DNA from: an uncultured Ktedonobacteraceae bacterium | GTDB lineage: Bacteria; Chloroflexota; Ktedonobacteria; Ktedonobacterales; Ktedonobacteraceae | Length of the DNA stretch: 64,000 bases | NCBI GenBank assembly: GCA_964242555.1 | Contig: CAXTCR010000001.1 | Coordinates: forward strand, 1,861-65,860 | Direction of reading: 5' to 3' | Shown: piece by piece, positions 10,164 to 19,121 of the stretch | Position numbering within the stretch: position 1 is the stretch's first letter | Layout of the letters: every line of letters starts with the position of its first letter | Notes under the pieces: model-generated | Databases searched by the model: none | What the model saw: the letters and a program-made list of their open reading frames with translations, nothing else | Told to the model about the DNA's origin: nothing | Program-made: the position numbers and the translations under genes

Positions 10164-10424
10164 TATACTCTCTTCGATGAGGTTTTCACGCTGTATTCTT
10201 ACATAAGATGTGTTCTATAGTAGCAGATTGTGGTAGAAGAGTCGAGTTTTGCGCCAATTCTGCTAGATGCGTCTGTAGTCAGCGAGTCGTGTGAGCATTG
10301 GGAAGGGAGCAAAGTTTCAAAAAGAGACGTAAAGTTCAGATAGAACGTATACTAACTATATAGATGATTGTACTTATCGAAAATGCTCCTTATGATATGT
10401 ATGGTAAAGAGAGGAACGAGTCCT

Positions 10425-10667
10425 ATGAGTAATTTTGGTGCAACAGTAGCAAAGGCCGCGATGCTTGCGGGTGGTGCTGTGCTGGGCATGTTGCTCGCGC
10501 GCGTCTTTGATGAGTGGATGGTTTCGCACTCGCATACGCAGTCGGATTACGATAAGATGCGTTATGCACAGGGGCTTGGCGCACTAGAGTTACCGCCTGC
10601 CGGTCCAGTACAGGCGCCATTTCAGGAGCCGAACCCGGAGCAAGAGCAGTATCAAGATGACAAATAA
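10425..10667 (+). CDS. Small membrane protein (hypothetical)
   Basis: 80 aa from the ATG at 10425 (GAGG about 10 nt upstream). One hydrophobic helix (AAMLAGGAVLGMLLARVF) and an acidic/Gln-rich tail. Confidence 0.45.
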   Translation: MSNFGATVAKAAMLAGGAVLGMLLARVFDEWMVSHSHTQSDYDKMRYAQGLGALELPPAGPVQAPFQEPNPEQEQYQDDK

Positions 10668-10727
10668 TCATCAAGTCACAAGAACGATTCCCAGCAAGGG
10701 ATTGTTCTTGTGACTTGATGATTATTT
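10662..10727. terminator. Bidirectional long hairpin overlapping both convergent stop codons
   Basis: Perfect 24-bp arms 10662-10685 / 10704-10727, plus about 5 more pairs inside. The TAA of the + gene and the TAA of the - gene lie within the arms. Confidence 0.6.
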
Positions 10728-11679
10728 ATACAGGTTTGTTTACCAACTGCGTTGCGGTATGGAGCCATGTTTCGGACGTGTCATCGGGGATTGAGCAACC
10801 GTTGGCGAGAATGAGTTTGTGTCCTTTGACCTGGGCGATCGCGCTGAGGATCTCATTCTCAAGTTCCTGTTCGCTCCCATGGGTTAGGGCACCACGCTCC
10901 CATAGGCCAGCCATCAAGCATTTATTCGTCATAGTTGCGGCCTCTGAGAGGCTGGGGCCTGTGAGACGGTCACTCCAGCTGAGGGTCGAGACGGGATAGT
11001 TTACGAAATCCTCAAAGTAAATTTCATCGCCCTCCTGATCGGGTTGAGCATGGACGTGGACGATATTCAGCCATCCATTTGCAGCGCCCTCAAGTGCTTG
11101 CAGGTCGTAAGGTCGCCCATACTGAGTGTACTCATCGCGGGTAAGGTCAGCATTTGTCGCACCCATGCAGGAAAAGAAGACACCATCAGCGCCTGCCTCT
11201 ATAGAGGCTTTGAAGAGATGGCTTAGATTTGACGCGATTGTGCCCAGTCCTTCCATAATAGGCGTGGAATTTTTGCGAAGTTCCTCTATAGCCTTCTGCT
11301 TCCCCATCATATAGAAGAGTTGTGTCAGAGGGCTAAAATGCGTGACGATCAGTGGATAGTCAGGGCCAATGCGAGCACGCAGGGCACGGATGCATACTAG
11401 TTGTTGCTCGAACATTGGCGTGTCGAGGCCAAGTTTGGGGAGCATACGGACCTGATCCGCCTCAACCAGCAATTCGTCTGGTCGAGGATAAGGAAGGTCT
11501 GGCATAATTTTGACGATATCCAGAGCAAATTTATCAACGAAAAACTCGTAGGTCTGTTGTGCCAGGCGCTCTCCCGAACCCTGCGGCTGGAAATGGTGCC
11601 AGAAACAAAAAGGCACGCGGTCTACCGTTTCGCCTTTTAGTGCTGCATGGACGCGCTCACCCGGGGTCATCTGATTCAT
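10726..11679 (-). CDS. Uroporphyrinogen decarboxylase (URO-D) family protein (MtaA/CmuA-like)
   Basis: URO-D family pattern (DRVPFCFWHHF, IVKIMPD, FFSCMGATN). ATG 11679 has GAAAGG 8 nt upstream. Confidence 0.7.
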   Translation of the reverse strand: MNQMTPGERVHAALKGETVDRVPFCFWHHFQPQGSGERLAQQTYEFFVDKFALDIVKIMPDLPYPRPDELLVEADQVRMLPKLGLDTPMFEQQLVCIRALRARIGPDYPLIVTHFSPLTQLFYMMGKQKAIEELRKNSTPIMEGLGTIASNLSHLFKASIEAGADGVFFSCMGATNADLTRDEYTQYGRPYDLQALEGAANGWLNIVHVHAQPDQEGDEIYFEDFVNYPVSTLSWSDRLTGPSLSEAATMTNKCLMAGLWERGALTHGSEQELENEILSAIAQVKGHKLILANGCSIPDDTSETWLHTATQLVNKPV

Positions 11680-11810
11680 CGGTTTTTGCCTTTCGAGCTG
11701 CTTGAGAACATAGTAACGCTCATGTACAGAGTAGTATATAACACGCATGGGCACGTTCTAAAATGTGCAATTATACATATTTCTCAACCAATGCTACCAA
11801 TTCATCTACA

Positions 11811-12146
11811 TCAAATGGCCTGGCTAAAAAAGTCATCTGCGCCAACCTCATATACCGTTTTTTCTACATTTTTACTAGCTGACATGAGGATGCTAGGAAT
11901 GTGGCGGGTACGCTCCTCGCCTTTTAAGAATTTGCAGATAACTCTTCCATCCATGCCCAACATCCAAATGGCGAGCAGGAGCAAGTCAGGCAGTTTCTTT
12001 TTTCTATCATATAGAGCTTTGCTGTCAATAGTGGTTTTGACCTGGTACCCTTCCATTTCGAGCATGACTTGCATGGCATCGAGAATACCTTCATTCTCCT
12101 CCACAATGAGCATATTTTTACTCTTGTTTGATTGCCTCTTCATCAA
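11811..12146 (-). CDS. CheY-like receiver domain protein, degenerate (acceptor Asp replaced by Ala; C-terminus out of frame; possibly a pseudogene)
   Basis: Receiver pattern MLIVEENEG...PDLLLLAIWMLGMDG...ILMSAS...ADDFF. The frame ends at 11811, but the +1 frame continues as LARPFDVDELVALVEKYV to a stop at 11771. See findings. Confidence 0.6.
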   Translation of the reverse strand: MMKRQSNKSKNMLIVEENEGILDAMQVMLEMEGYQVKTTIDSKALYDRKKKLPDLLLLAIWMLGMDGRVICKFLKGEERTRHIPSILMSASKNVEKTVYEVGADDFFSQAI

Positions 12147-14946
12147 GGGTATCCTCGGGTTGCGGCAGCAAGCGTTCCTCGATAGGTACAGTGAAACCGA
12201 AGGTTGACCCCTGTCCTTCTTCGCTTTCTACCCAGATAGTTCCTCCATGGCGGCGGATGATCTCGCTAGAAATATAGAGGCCGAGGCCAAGACCCGGATA
12301 GAGATTATCTTTGCTACCATCCACACGATAGAAGCGCTCAAACACTCTTCCTTGCTTTGTCTTTGGTATGCCGAGGCCAAAGTCTTGTACACTTAATGTT
12401 ATCGTATGAGCAGTGGCTTCAGTTTTTACAATGATGGTATCGGCGTGTGGTGAGTACTTCACTGCGTTAGTTAGGAAGTTGGTAATAACTTGTCCCAGAC
12501 GATCTTTATCGCCATAGACCATCTTGTTGCCCATCAATTCTGTGTGAATAGTATGGCGGGCGGTGGTACGCTGAATTTCATCGACAATCTCACTGACCAA
12601 TGCGTTAAAATCAAAATGGTCTAAGCGGAGTTGAAGTTTGCCAGCCTGCATTTTTGACACGTCGAGCAAGTCAGCAATCAGCGTGATCAGTTTATTGATC
12701 TGAGCGTCCATCTTGCCAAGAAGCTCGAATGATGAGATATCGCCTTTATTCTTGAACAGCCTCTGTAGTACTTGGGCATAGGCTTTAATGCTCGTCACGG
12801 GGGTCTTCAACTCGTGTGAAGCAACTGCAAGAAATTCATCTTTCTGCTGCTCTAACCTTTTGATATTCGTGATTTCTGTGACGACGCCGCCCACAAAATC
12901 CACGGTAGCACTTTTACCAATGAAAACGGGGTAAAAGCCAGTGAGCCAGTAACGAGTTTCTCCTGGCCGTTTCGGTGTTTGTCCCGTCACTTCAAAGTCA
13001 AGTACGGGTTCTTTTGTTTCTACCACTTTGTCTAATACAGGCGCGACCGTTTTAGCGTTAACGGGTAAAAGCTCTTCTATTTTCTTACCGATATGATCTT
13101 GAGCTGGCAAGCCATTGATTTGGGCTAACGTGTCGTTGATACGAATGTAGCGATGCTCTTTGTCGAAGAAGGCAAAGCCAACGGGCGCGTTTTTGAGCAG
13201 CGATTCAAGAAGGGCAAGCGTCTCTTCTTGTTTTTCTTTACTTACACGTAGTGCTTCTTCTATCTGTATCTGTTCGCTGATGTCCGTGTTCGTACCAAAC
13301 CAATGGATTACCTCTCCCTTATGATCTTTCACAGGCATCACGCGGGTTAAAAATGGTCGGAATACGTTGTCATTCCCTCTAAGAGGAAAAACCATATCGA
13401 ACTGTTCTCCAGCGGCAATCGATGCCTGCCAACGCTCTAGGACGAGGGGAAGCTGCTGAGGGTCGTGAACGGATTGCCAGCCCCAGCCCTCCATATCCTT
13501 TGAAGTTGTGCCTGTGTAGTCATACCAGCGTTTGTTATACCAGTAGATGTAGCCATCGGGTTTTGCCATCCATGCTAGATTTGGAATGTTATCAGCCATT
13601 GCGCGGAAGTGTTCTTCCGATTTGATCAGTTTCTCTTCAGCTCTCGCACGTTCGAGACGTGGGAAAACACGATTTGCTAATTCACGTACCAACTCGACTT
13701 CATCTTCGCGCCACTCGCGTGGCTGTACGCTATGAACGGTAAACAAGTATTTCCACTCACCATGTTGGTAAAAAGGAACGGTGATAAAGGCTAATGCTCC
13801 AATTTTGGCATTCTCTTCACCCTTCGTGATTGGATTTATTTGTGTATTATTGCTAACAACCGTTTCTTTAGCATACACTCGTTGATAAAAATCTCCACTT
13901 ACATGCTCTGAAAGTCGTAGCTTATCTGGTTGGCGCGGCACATGTGGTGCATTCCAGCGATCAAGATATGTTACCTCATCATGCGCCTCGTCGATCAAAG
14001 CGAAGTGGCAGTATTCTACGTGTAGAAACTCTCCGATACGCCCTCCTGCGGCTTGCATAATCTCGTCGGGAGAACTTAAGGTTGCAAAATCCTCCGCGAC
14101 TTTGGCCAGAAGTGCTGCATTAGCCTCTTGACGTTTTTGATCAGTTATATCTCGATTGACGGCAACGGTACCTATTTTCTTGTTTTCTGCGTCTTTCACT
14201 ACAGAGACAAAGGAAAAAATAGGAATTTTCGTTCCATCTTTTCTTGTTTGAATAGCTTCCCCTCTCCACTGTCCGTATCTCGCCATAGCCATTTGTGCTT
14301 CTTCTCGTCCATGAGGGTTATCGGGAAACTCATTTTCGAGCACATCTCGTACATATTTTCCTTTCACCTCTTCCGCGCTCCAGCCATACAATGCTTCCGC
14401 GCCCTTATTCCAAGTAGCAATTCTATAGTCGTTGTCCGTACTTATTACAGCATCAATAATATTGTCTGTAAGTGCTGCAACATAGTCATCTGTTTCCCTT
14501 TGGCTATACGAATTAGAATATTCTAAAGCGAGCTTTGAGATAATCCTATCGCAATTCGTCATAAAGAGAGAATTAAACGCACATACTTCCTGAACAGTCA
14601 GAGTATAGAGGCAACCAGCTTGTTCTAGCGCATCTAAGATACCTTGCTTTACATGCTGGATTTCGGCTAATGCTTCTGTGAGCGTTACATGCTGGGGGAT
14701 GAGTCTTCTGGCAATGCGCTCACCAAGTTGTTCAAGGATGCTCGTCTCCTGCTTGCTCTCTATGAGAGAGTCTGCCAATGTCGCGATGACTCTGAGGGTA
14801 TCTACTTCATAAAGTGCGGGTTTCTTTTTAGGTCCATTACTTTGCGGTTGGAGGCGTTCTTTCGAAATACGCTCGTAGATTTCGCGTGAGTGCAAGTGGA
14901 GAAAATTTGTGAGTACCGCAAACTTCTCTTTCTCGGCTTGAGTCAT
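12118..14946 (-). CDS. Cytoplasmic multi-PAS/GAF sensor histidine kinase
   Basis: H-box FLAVASHELKTPVTSI and HATPase_c boxes (NAVKYSP, DFGLGIP, GLGLGLYIS). Several PAS/GAF-like segments and no TM helix. ATG 14946 has GAAGGA upstream, whereas the GTG 14988 extension has no RBS. Confidence 0.85.
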   Translation of the reverse strand: MTQAEKEKFAVLTNFLHLHSREIYERISKERLQPQSNGPKKKPALYEVDTLRVIATLADSLIESKQETSILEQLGERIARRLIPQHVTLTEALAEIQHVKQGILDALEQAGCLYTLTVQEVCAFNSLFMTNCDRIISKLALEYSNSYSQRETDDYVAALTDNIIDAVISTDNDYRIATWNKGAEALYGWSAEEVKGKYVRDVLENEFPDNPHGREEAQMAMARYGQWRGEAIQTRKDGTKIPIFSFVSVVKDAENKKIGTVAVNRDITDQKRQEANAALLAKVAEDFATLSSPDEIMQAAGGRIGEFLHVEYCHFALIDEAHDEVTYLDRWNAPHVPRQPDKLRLSEHVSGDFYQRVYAKETVVSNNTQINPITKGEENAKIGALAFITVPFYQHGEWKYLFTVHSVQPREWREDEVELVRELANRVFPRLERARAEEKLIKSEEHFRAMADNIPNLAWMAKPDGYIYWYNKRWYDYTGTTSKDMEGWGWQSVHDPQQLPLVLERWQASIAAGEQFDMVFPLRGNDNVFRPFLTRVMPVKDHKGEVIHWFGTNTDISEQIQIEEALRVSKEKQEETLALLESLLKNAPVGFAFFDKEHRYIRINDTLAQINGLPAQDHIGKKIEELLPVNAKTVAPVLDKVVETKEPVLDFEVTGQTPKRPGETRYWLTGFYPVFIGKSATVDFVGGVVTEITNIKRLEQQKDEFLAVASHELKTPVTSIKAYAQVLQRLFKNKGDISSFELLGKMDAQINKLITLIADLLDVSKMQAGKLQLRLDHFDFNALVSEIVDEIQRTTARHTIHTELMGNKMVYGDKDRLGQVITNFLTNAVKYSPHADTIIVKTEATAHTITLSVQDFGLGIPKTKQGRVFERFYRVDGSKDNLYPGLGLGLYISSEIIRRHGGTIWVESEEGQGSTFGFTVPIEERLLPQPEDTLDEEAIKQE

Positions 14947-15078
14947 TGTGAGCGTTCCTTCTATGAAGAAATGGTTGTGCGGGTGCACATTGTTATTCTT
15001 ATAATAACATAGGGAGTCTAACTTTGAAAGTATAGATGTTGCCCATCCATTGCTAAGTAGGACATGATAAATCGATCC

Positions 15079-17922
15079 CTACTCGTATCTTAAGACCTCC
15101 AAAGGACGTATGCGGGTCGCGTTCCATGATACGAGTAGGGCGACGAGCATTGTAACCAGTGATGTGGCGGCGACGATGAGGATTATGAGCAAGGGACCAA
15201 CGCTAATTTGCACTTGGAAGACGAAGGTGCTTAAGACGGTGATTGAACCCGCGACGAGCAGCATAGCGACGAGCGAACCCAGCAGGCCAACGAGTCCGTT
15301 TTCGATGAGCACGGTTGTCAGGACTGAACGACTGGTGTAGCCAACGGATTTAAGAATGCCTATTTCGCGCTGCCGTTCTAACATTGCAAGCGCGACCGCA
15401 TTGGCGATGATAATCAAGCCAGCAATCATTGCTAACGATGCAATGGTGGTAAGCAGAATGATCAGGTTATTAAGAACTTGGTTGACGATAGCGTCAATAT
15501 CAACGACACTGAACACAATCGCACCAGGTACTGCCTTGTTGATGTTACGCTTAAATGAGGGCAACTGGTTCGGGTCGACTCTGAGCGAGTAAACGGTCAG
15601 CGTTGATGAAGTTCCTAGCTGCGAGGCAACGCCTTCGTCGCAGAGAATAGAGGCGAAGGTGGGATTTTTTGTAGGGTCTGTGTCGTCATAGAAACCGACA
15701 ATTGTCAGTTCTTTTGTCACCTTGCCATCGGCGCTCTGCTCGATAACAGTATCGCCAACATGTAGCCCTAATGGAGCACCTTGGAGGGAAGCATTGACAA
15801 GAATGTTGTTTGTGCCCGCATCAGATGGACTCAGGTTGCGTCCGCTATGCAGTGTGACCACTGGAATGTTGTTGCCCGCATCGCGCAGGGTATAGCCTTG
15901 GATGCTGGCAAGTTTATTGACGGAATCTCTGGAATTGCCCCTACCTTTTGTAGCGGTGCTTCTTAGCACAGTATTCAGGTCCTGTCCTCCAACGAAGAGT
16001 GGGTAGACTTGACGAACAAGAACGTTTGCGACAGTTTTACCCGTATCAACTCCACGTTGACCTGCTATCTGGGCAGTGATCGTTGCGTTCTGTTTAGGCT
16101 GGGCGACAATGAAAACGTTGCGCGTGAAGAGGGTATCAAGCGTACTTGTAATGGTATCCTTGATACCCTGTCCCAAGACGAGGACAAGGCCAATCGCGAA
16201 CACGCCCACGAAGAGCGCGGTCAGTGTTGTCGTAGTGCGCACGCGCTGGCGTCCCATGTTGCGATACGCGAGCATAACGGATGTTTTCCAGGAGCGGGGC
16301 GTGAACATGACGAGGCCGTCGACGAGCGTTGTGAAAAAGAAGACAAGCGAACAGCCCAAGAAGACAAGACCTAATCCGCCCACTATTGCTAAGCTATATG
16401 CCCCCACAGTACTATTGCCATGATGCGATGCATAATCATTGATGGCGTTGCCCAGCAAGCCGAGTAGAACGGAGACCAGAGCTGCGCCCGCAACTGTACC
16501 CAGTGCGGCAAGTATCCAGAGCAAGAAGCGAGGATGTGGTTTTTCGTAGACGGGAAGCTTAGAGATTGCCAGGACCAGCAGACCGAGGCCGAGTGCCAAG
16601 GTAGAGATCAGTAGGGCACCACCATAAACCGTGATGATTGCGGTTTTCAGGTCGCCCAGGATGCTTGTCGAGAGCGCGACGAAGAGGACGGAGAGCAAAA
16701 CCAGCAGGGCGATAGTGGTCGCGCGCGAGGTGGCACCTGTACCCTCACCAGTGCTGCGCAGTACGGCCAATGGGCGTATCTGGCTTGCCTGTACGATTGG
16801 CAGGAGACCAAAGATGAGCGCGGTTGCGAGGCCAATGACAAAGCCTGAGGCAAGTGTAGTCGGATCAAGCGTAATTGGCAGGTGCAAGGGAAAGACGTAT
16901 TCTACGATAGCACGTACCAAATAACTGGCGCCGATGCCAGCCAGTGTTCCTACGAGACCGCCTGTAAGACCTAGCAGTGCGGCTTCAAAGCCAAAGAGTC
17001 CATATAGATGGACCTGCCGGTAGCCTGTTGTCTTAAGCATAGCGATCTCGATTTGTCGTCTACGCAGCAGAACCTGCATGGTGTTGATGATACCGATGCC
17101 ACCGATGAAGAGTGCTAACAAGCCGACAATGCGTAGAAAGAGGCGAATTTGATCGACTTGAGTTTGCCGCCGCTGAAGCAGGTCCTGAGCGGTTACAAGC
17201 GACACGGTAGGAAAGTTCTGACTAATTTGTGCTTGTACGGATTTCAGGTTGGCATCAGGCACATCAACATAGATAGAGGTATATTGTTCGGGAAGAGGAG
17301 AACCGTTCGTACTCGAAATAGTGTTAAAGGCAGACTGTGCGATAATCATCTGCGGCCCCTGGAATGCTCCACCCTCTTGAAATTCTGCGGCGAGCGTTAC
17401 GGGAATACTGCGTCCGTCAGTAGTTTTCACGGTGAACGTGCTGCCAATGTGAGCATGCAGCGTTTGGAAGACGCGCGTACTGACGGCAACGCTGTCGCCA
17501 TGTACCACCTGTTGGATCGTCGAACCTGATGACGAAGCAAGGAAGTTTGCTTGTCCAACGAGAGGAAAGTTGTTCGATACAGCGACAAGTGTAAAGGTTT
17601 GCTCCTCACCTGAGGACGAGGTAATAGTTCCGCCTACATTGTATGATGTAGCATAGCCGGAGATGCTGCCCCGCTGCTTCAGCGTATCGAAAAAGGGAAG
17701 GTCGCGCTTACGTAGTGGGGTCACACCAGCGTTGACGCGCAGGTCGGCGCCATTAGCTTCCACAATGTTGCCGACAAGGGCGGTATCGACGCTTAAGCCA
17801 ACCAGTTGCAGTGCCACAATCGCCATCACGCCTACCGCGACACAAAAAATGGCAAGGAGTGTTCTTTGCCCACCTCGAAGCAGTGAGCGCGTTGCATATG
17901 ACCAGTAGAGTGTGAGCCGCAT
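15079..17922 (-). CDS. ABC transporter permease, duplicated FtsX/MacB-type
   Basis: 947 aa with about 10 TM helices. Two FtsX-type modules (IAMLKTTGYRQVHL... and IGILKSVGYTSRSV...), each after a large extracytoplasmic domain. Confidence 0.85.
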   Translation of the reverse strand: MRLTLYWSYATRSLLRGGQRTLLAIFCVAVGVMAIVALQLVGLSVDTALVGNIVEANGADLRVNAGVTPLRKRDLPFFDTLKQRGSISGYATSYNVGGTITSSSGEEQTFTLVAVSNNFPLVGQANFLASSSGSTIQQVVHGDSVAVSTRVFQTLHAHIGSTFTVKTTDGRSIPVTLAAEFQEGGAFQGPQMIIAQSAFNTISSTNGSPLPEQYTSIYVDVPDANLKSVQAQISQNFPTVSLVTAQDLLQRRQTQVDQIRLFLRIVGLLALFIGGIGIINTMQVLLRRRQIEIAMLKTTGYRQVHLYGLFGFEAALLGLTGGLVGTLAGIGASYLVRAIVEYVFPLHLPITLDPTTLASGFVIGLATALIFGLLPIVQASQIRPLAVLRSTGEGTGATSRATTIALLVLLSVLFVALSTSILGDLKTAIITVYGGALLISTLALGLGLLVLAISKLPVYEKPHPRFLLWILAALGTVAGAALVSVLLGLLGNAINDYASHHGNSTVGAYSLAIVGGLGLVFLGCSLVFFFTTLVDGLVMFTPRSWKTSVMLAYRNMGRQRVRTTTTLTALFVGVFAIGLVLVLGQGIKDTITSTLDTLFTRNVFIVAQPKQNATITAQIAGQRGVDTGKTVANVLVRQVYPLFVGGQDLNTVLRSTATKGRGNSRDSVNKLASIQGYTLRDAGNNIPVVTLHSGRNLSPSDAGTNNILVNASLQGAPLGLHVGDTVIEQSADGKVTKELTIVGFYDDTDPTKNPTFASILCDEGVASQLGTSSTLTVYSLRVDPNQLPSFKRNINKAVPGAIVFSVVDIDAIVNQVLNNLIILLTTIASLAMIAGLIIIANAVALAMLERQREIGILKSVGYTSRSVLTTVLIENGLVGLLGSLVAMLLVAGSITVLSTFVFQVQISVGPLLIILIVAATSLVTMLVALLVSWNATRIRPLEVLRYE

Positions 17923-18284
17923 GGGTGTCCTTTTAAAGCATGAAGAATGCTGTGATAGCTATTCTGGAAGACTAGGATTGTTCTCTCATATGTACGATGC
18001 AGGGCAAAAAATGCTGCATGTTGTCCCTGTTTATAAGATGATGGGATCAAGCGCACTGAGTACAGGTACAGGTACGAAATAATGTGGATGTTCGTTTCGT
18101 AGGGAAATCTCCCTTCACAAATGAATAAAACGTTCCCACTCATTTGTTGTCTATAAGAGTGGGGTAGAAAATGTCTACTGGCTCACAGCACACGCTTCCT
18201 CCATGTGTTATGCTATTTCAATAAGAATTATAAAACTTCTGTATCATATATATGTTTTTACTTTGCATAAGGTGAATGTAACTG

Positions 18285-19121
18285 ATGGACACCTCTATCC
18301 GTTTCTACAATACGAATGGCAATGCGCACTCAGCCTTTGAGAAGGAGGGTACGCGTAAATTCACCGTTCCATTGCCAATAGATGGGGAAGGCAGTGTGGC
18401 TGAAATAGGAGCAGATAGACGAGAATACGCAACCTCGTCGCCCGAACCTGCCGTACGTGAGCATGCTCAGGAAACTGAACAGGCTGTCGCGGTAGACATC
18501 GCTGACTTTGAATCGATCTTTCTGCGCTTCCAGACACCGATCACGAACTACATCTATCATCTACTTGGCAATCGAGAACAGGCATATGATTTAGCACAAG
18601 ATGTGTTTGTCAAAGCGTACAAGGCATTATTGAATGGAACGGTCGTTCAACCGGCAGCACTTTCAGCATGGCTGTACCGGATTGCCACGAATACGACGAC
18701 AGACACGCTGCGGCGCAGGAGATTGATTTCATGGTTGCCGCTCTCGCTGTTTAACGAGGACCGGGGCATTGGCGCTGGAGTACTCTCCGATTCGGGGGGT
18801 GCAGCTGATGGCTTTACCAATCCGAATGAAGAGAACGCACATGAAAATCGTGCGGGTTCTGTAGGTGCACTGTATGAGCGCAACGGTTATGATGGTGGGC
18901 GCTTTGAAAACAGCGTCGCGGATAAAGAGTTGGTCGAGCGCGTGATGAAGCAATTACAACCTAAGTACGCGGTCTGCCTCTGGCTCTATGAGAACGATGG
19001 TTTGTCTTGTGCAGAAATAGCTGAGGTACTCAATATTAGCTCGTCGGCAGTGAAGATGCGACTGATGCGTGCACGAGAGCGATTTATTGATCTATACAAA
19101 AAAGAGGTCGGTGAAGAGTGA
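18285..19121 (+). CDS. ECF (sigma-70 family group 4) sigma factor with N-terminal extension and long region 2-4 linker
   Basis: Region 2 (YDLAQDVFVKAYKAL, WLYRIATNTTTD) and region 4 (LSCAEIAEVLNISSSAVKMRLMRARERF). Confidence 0.85.
   Translation: MDTSIRFYNTNGNAHSAFEKEGTRKFTVPLPIDGEGSVAEIGADRREYATSSPEPAVREHAQETEQAVAVDIADFESIFLRFQTPITNYIYHLLGNREQAYDLAQDVFVKAYKALLNGTVVQPAALSAWLYRIATNTTTDTLRRRRLISWLPLSLFNEDRGIGAGVLSDSGGAADGFTNPNEENAHENRAGSVGALYERNGYDGGRFENSVADKELVERVMKQLQPKYAVCLWLYENDGLSCAEIAEVLNISSSAVKMRLMRARERFIDLYKKEVGEE

Noticed and set aside
10164-10330. Possible purine riboswitch upstream of adenine deaminase
   Set aside because: Only a UUCUACC fragment resembles the purine aptamer. The UAUAAU...GAUAUGG and CCGUAAA...GACUAUG cores are absent on the - strand.
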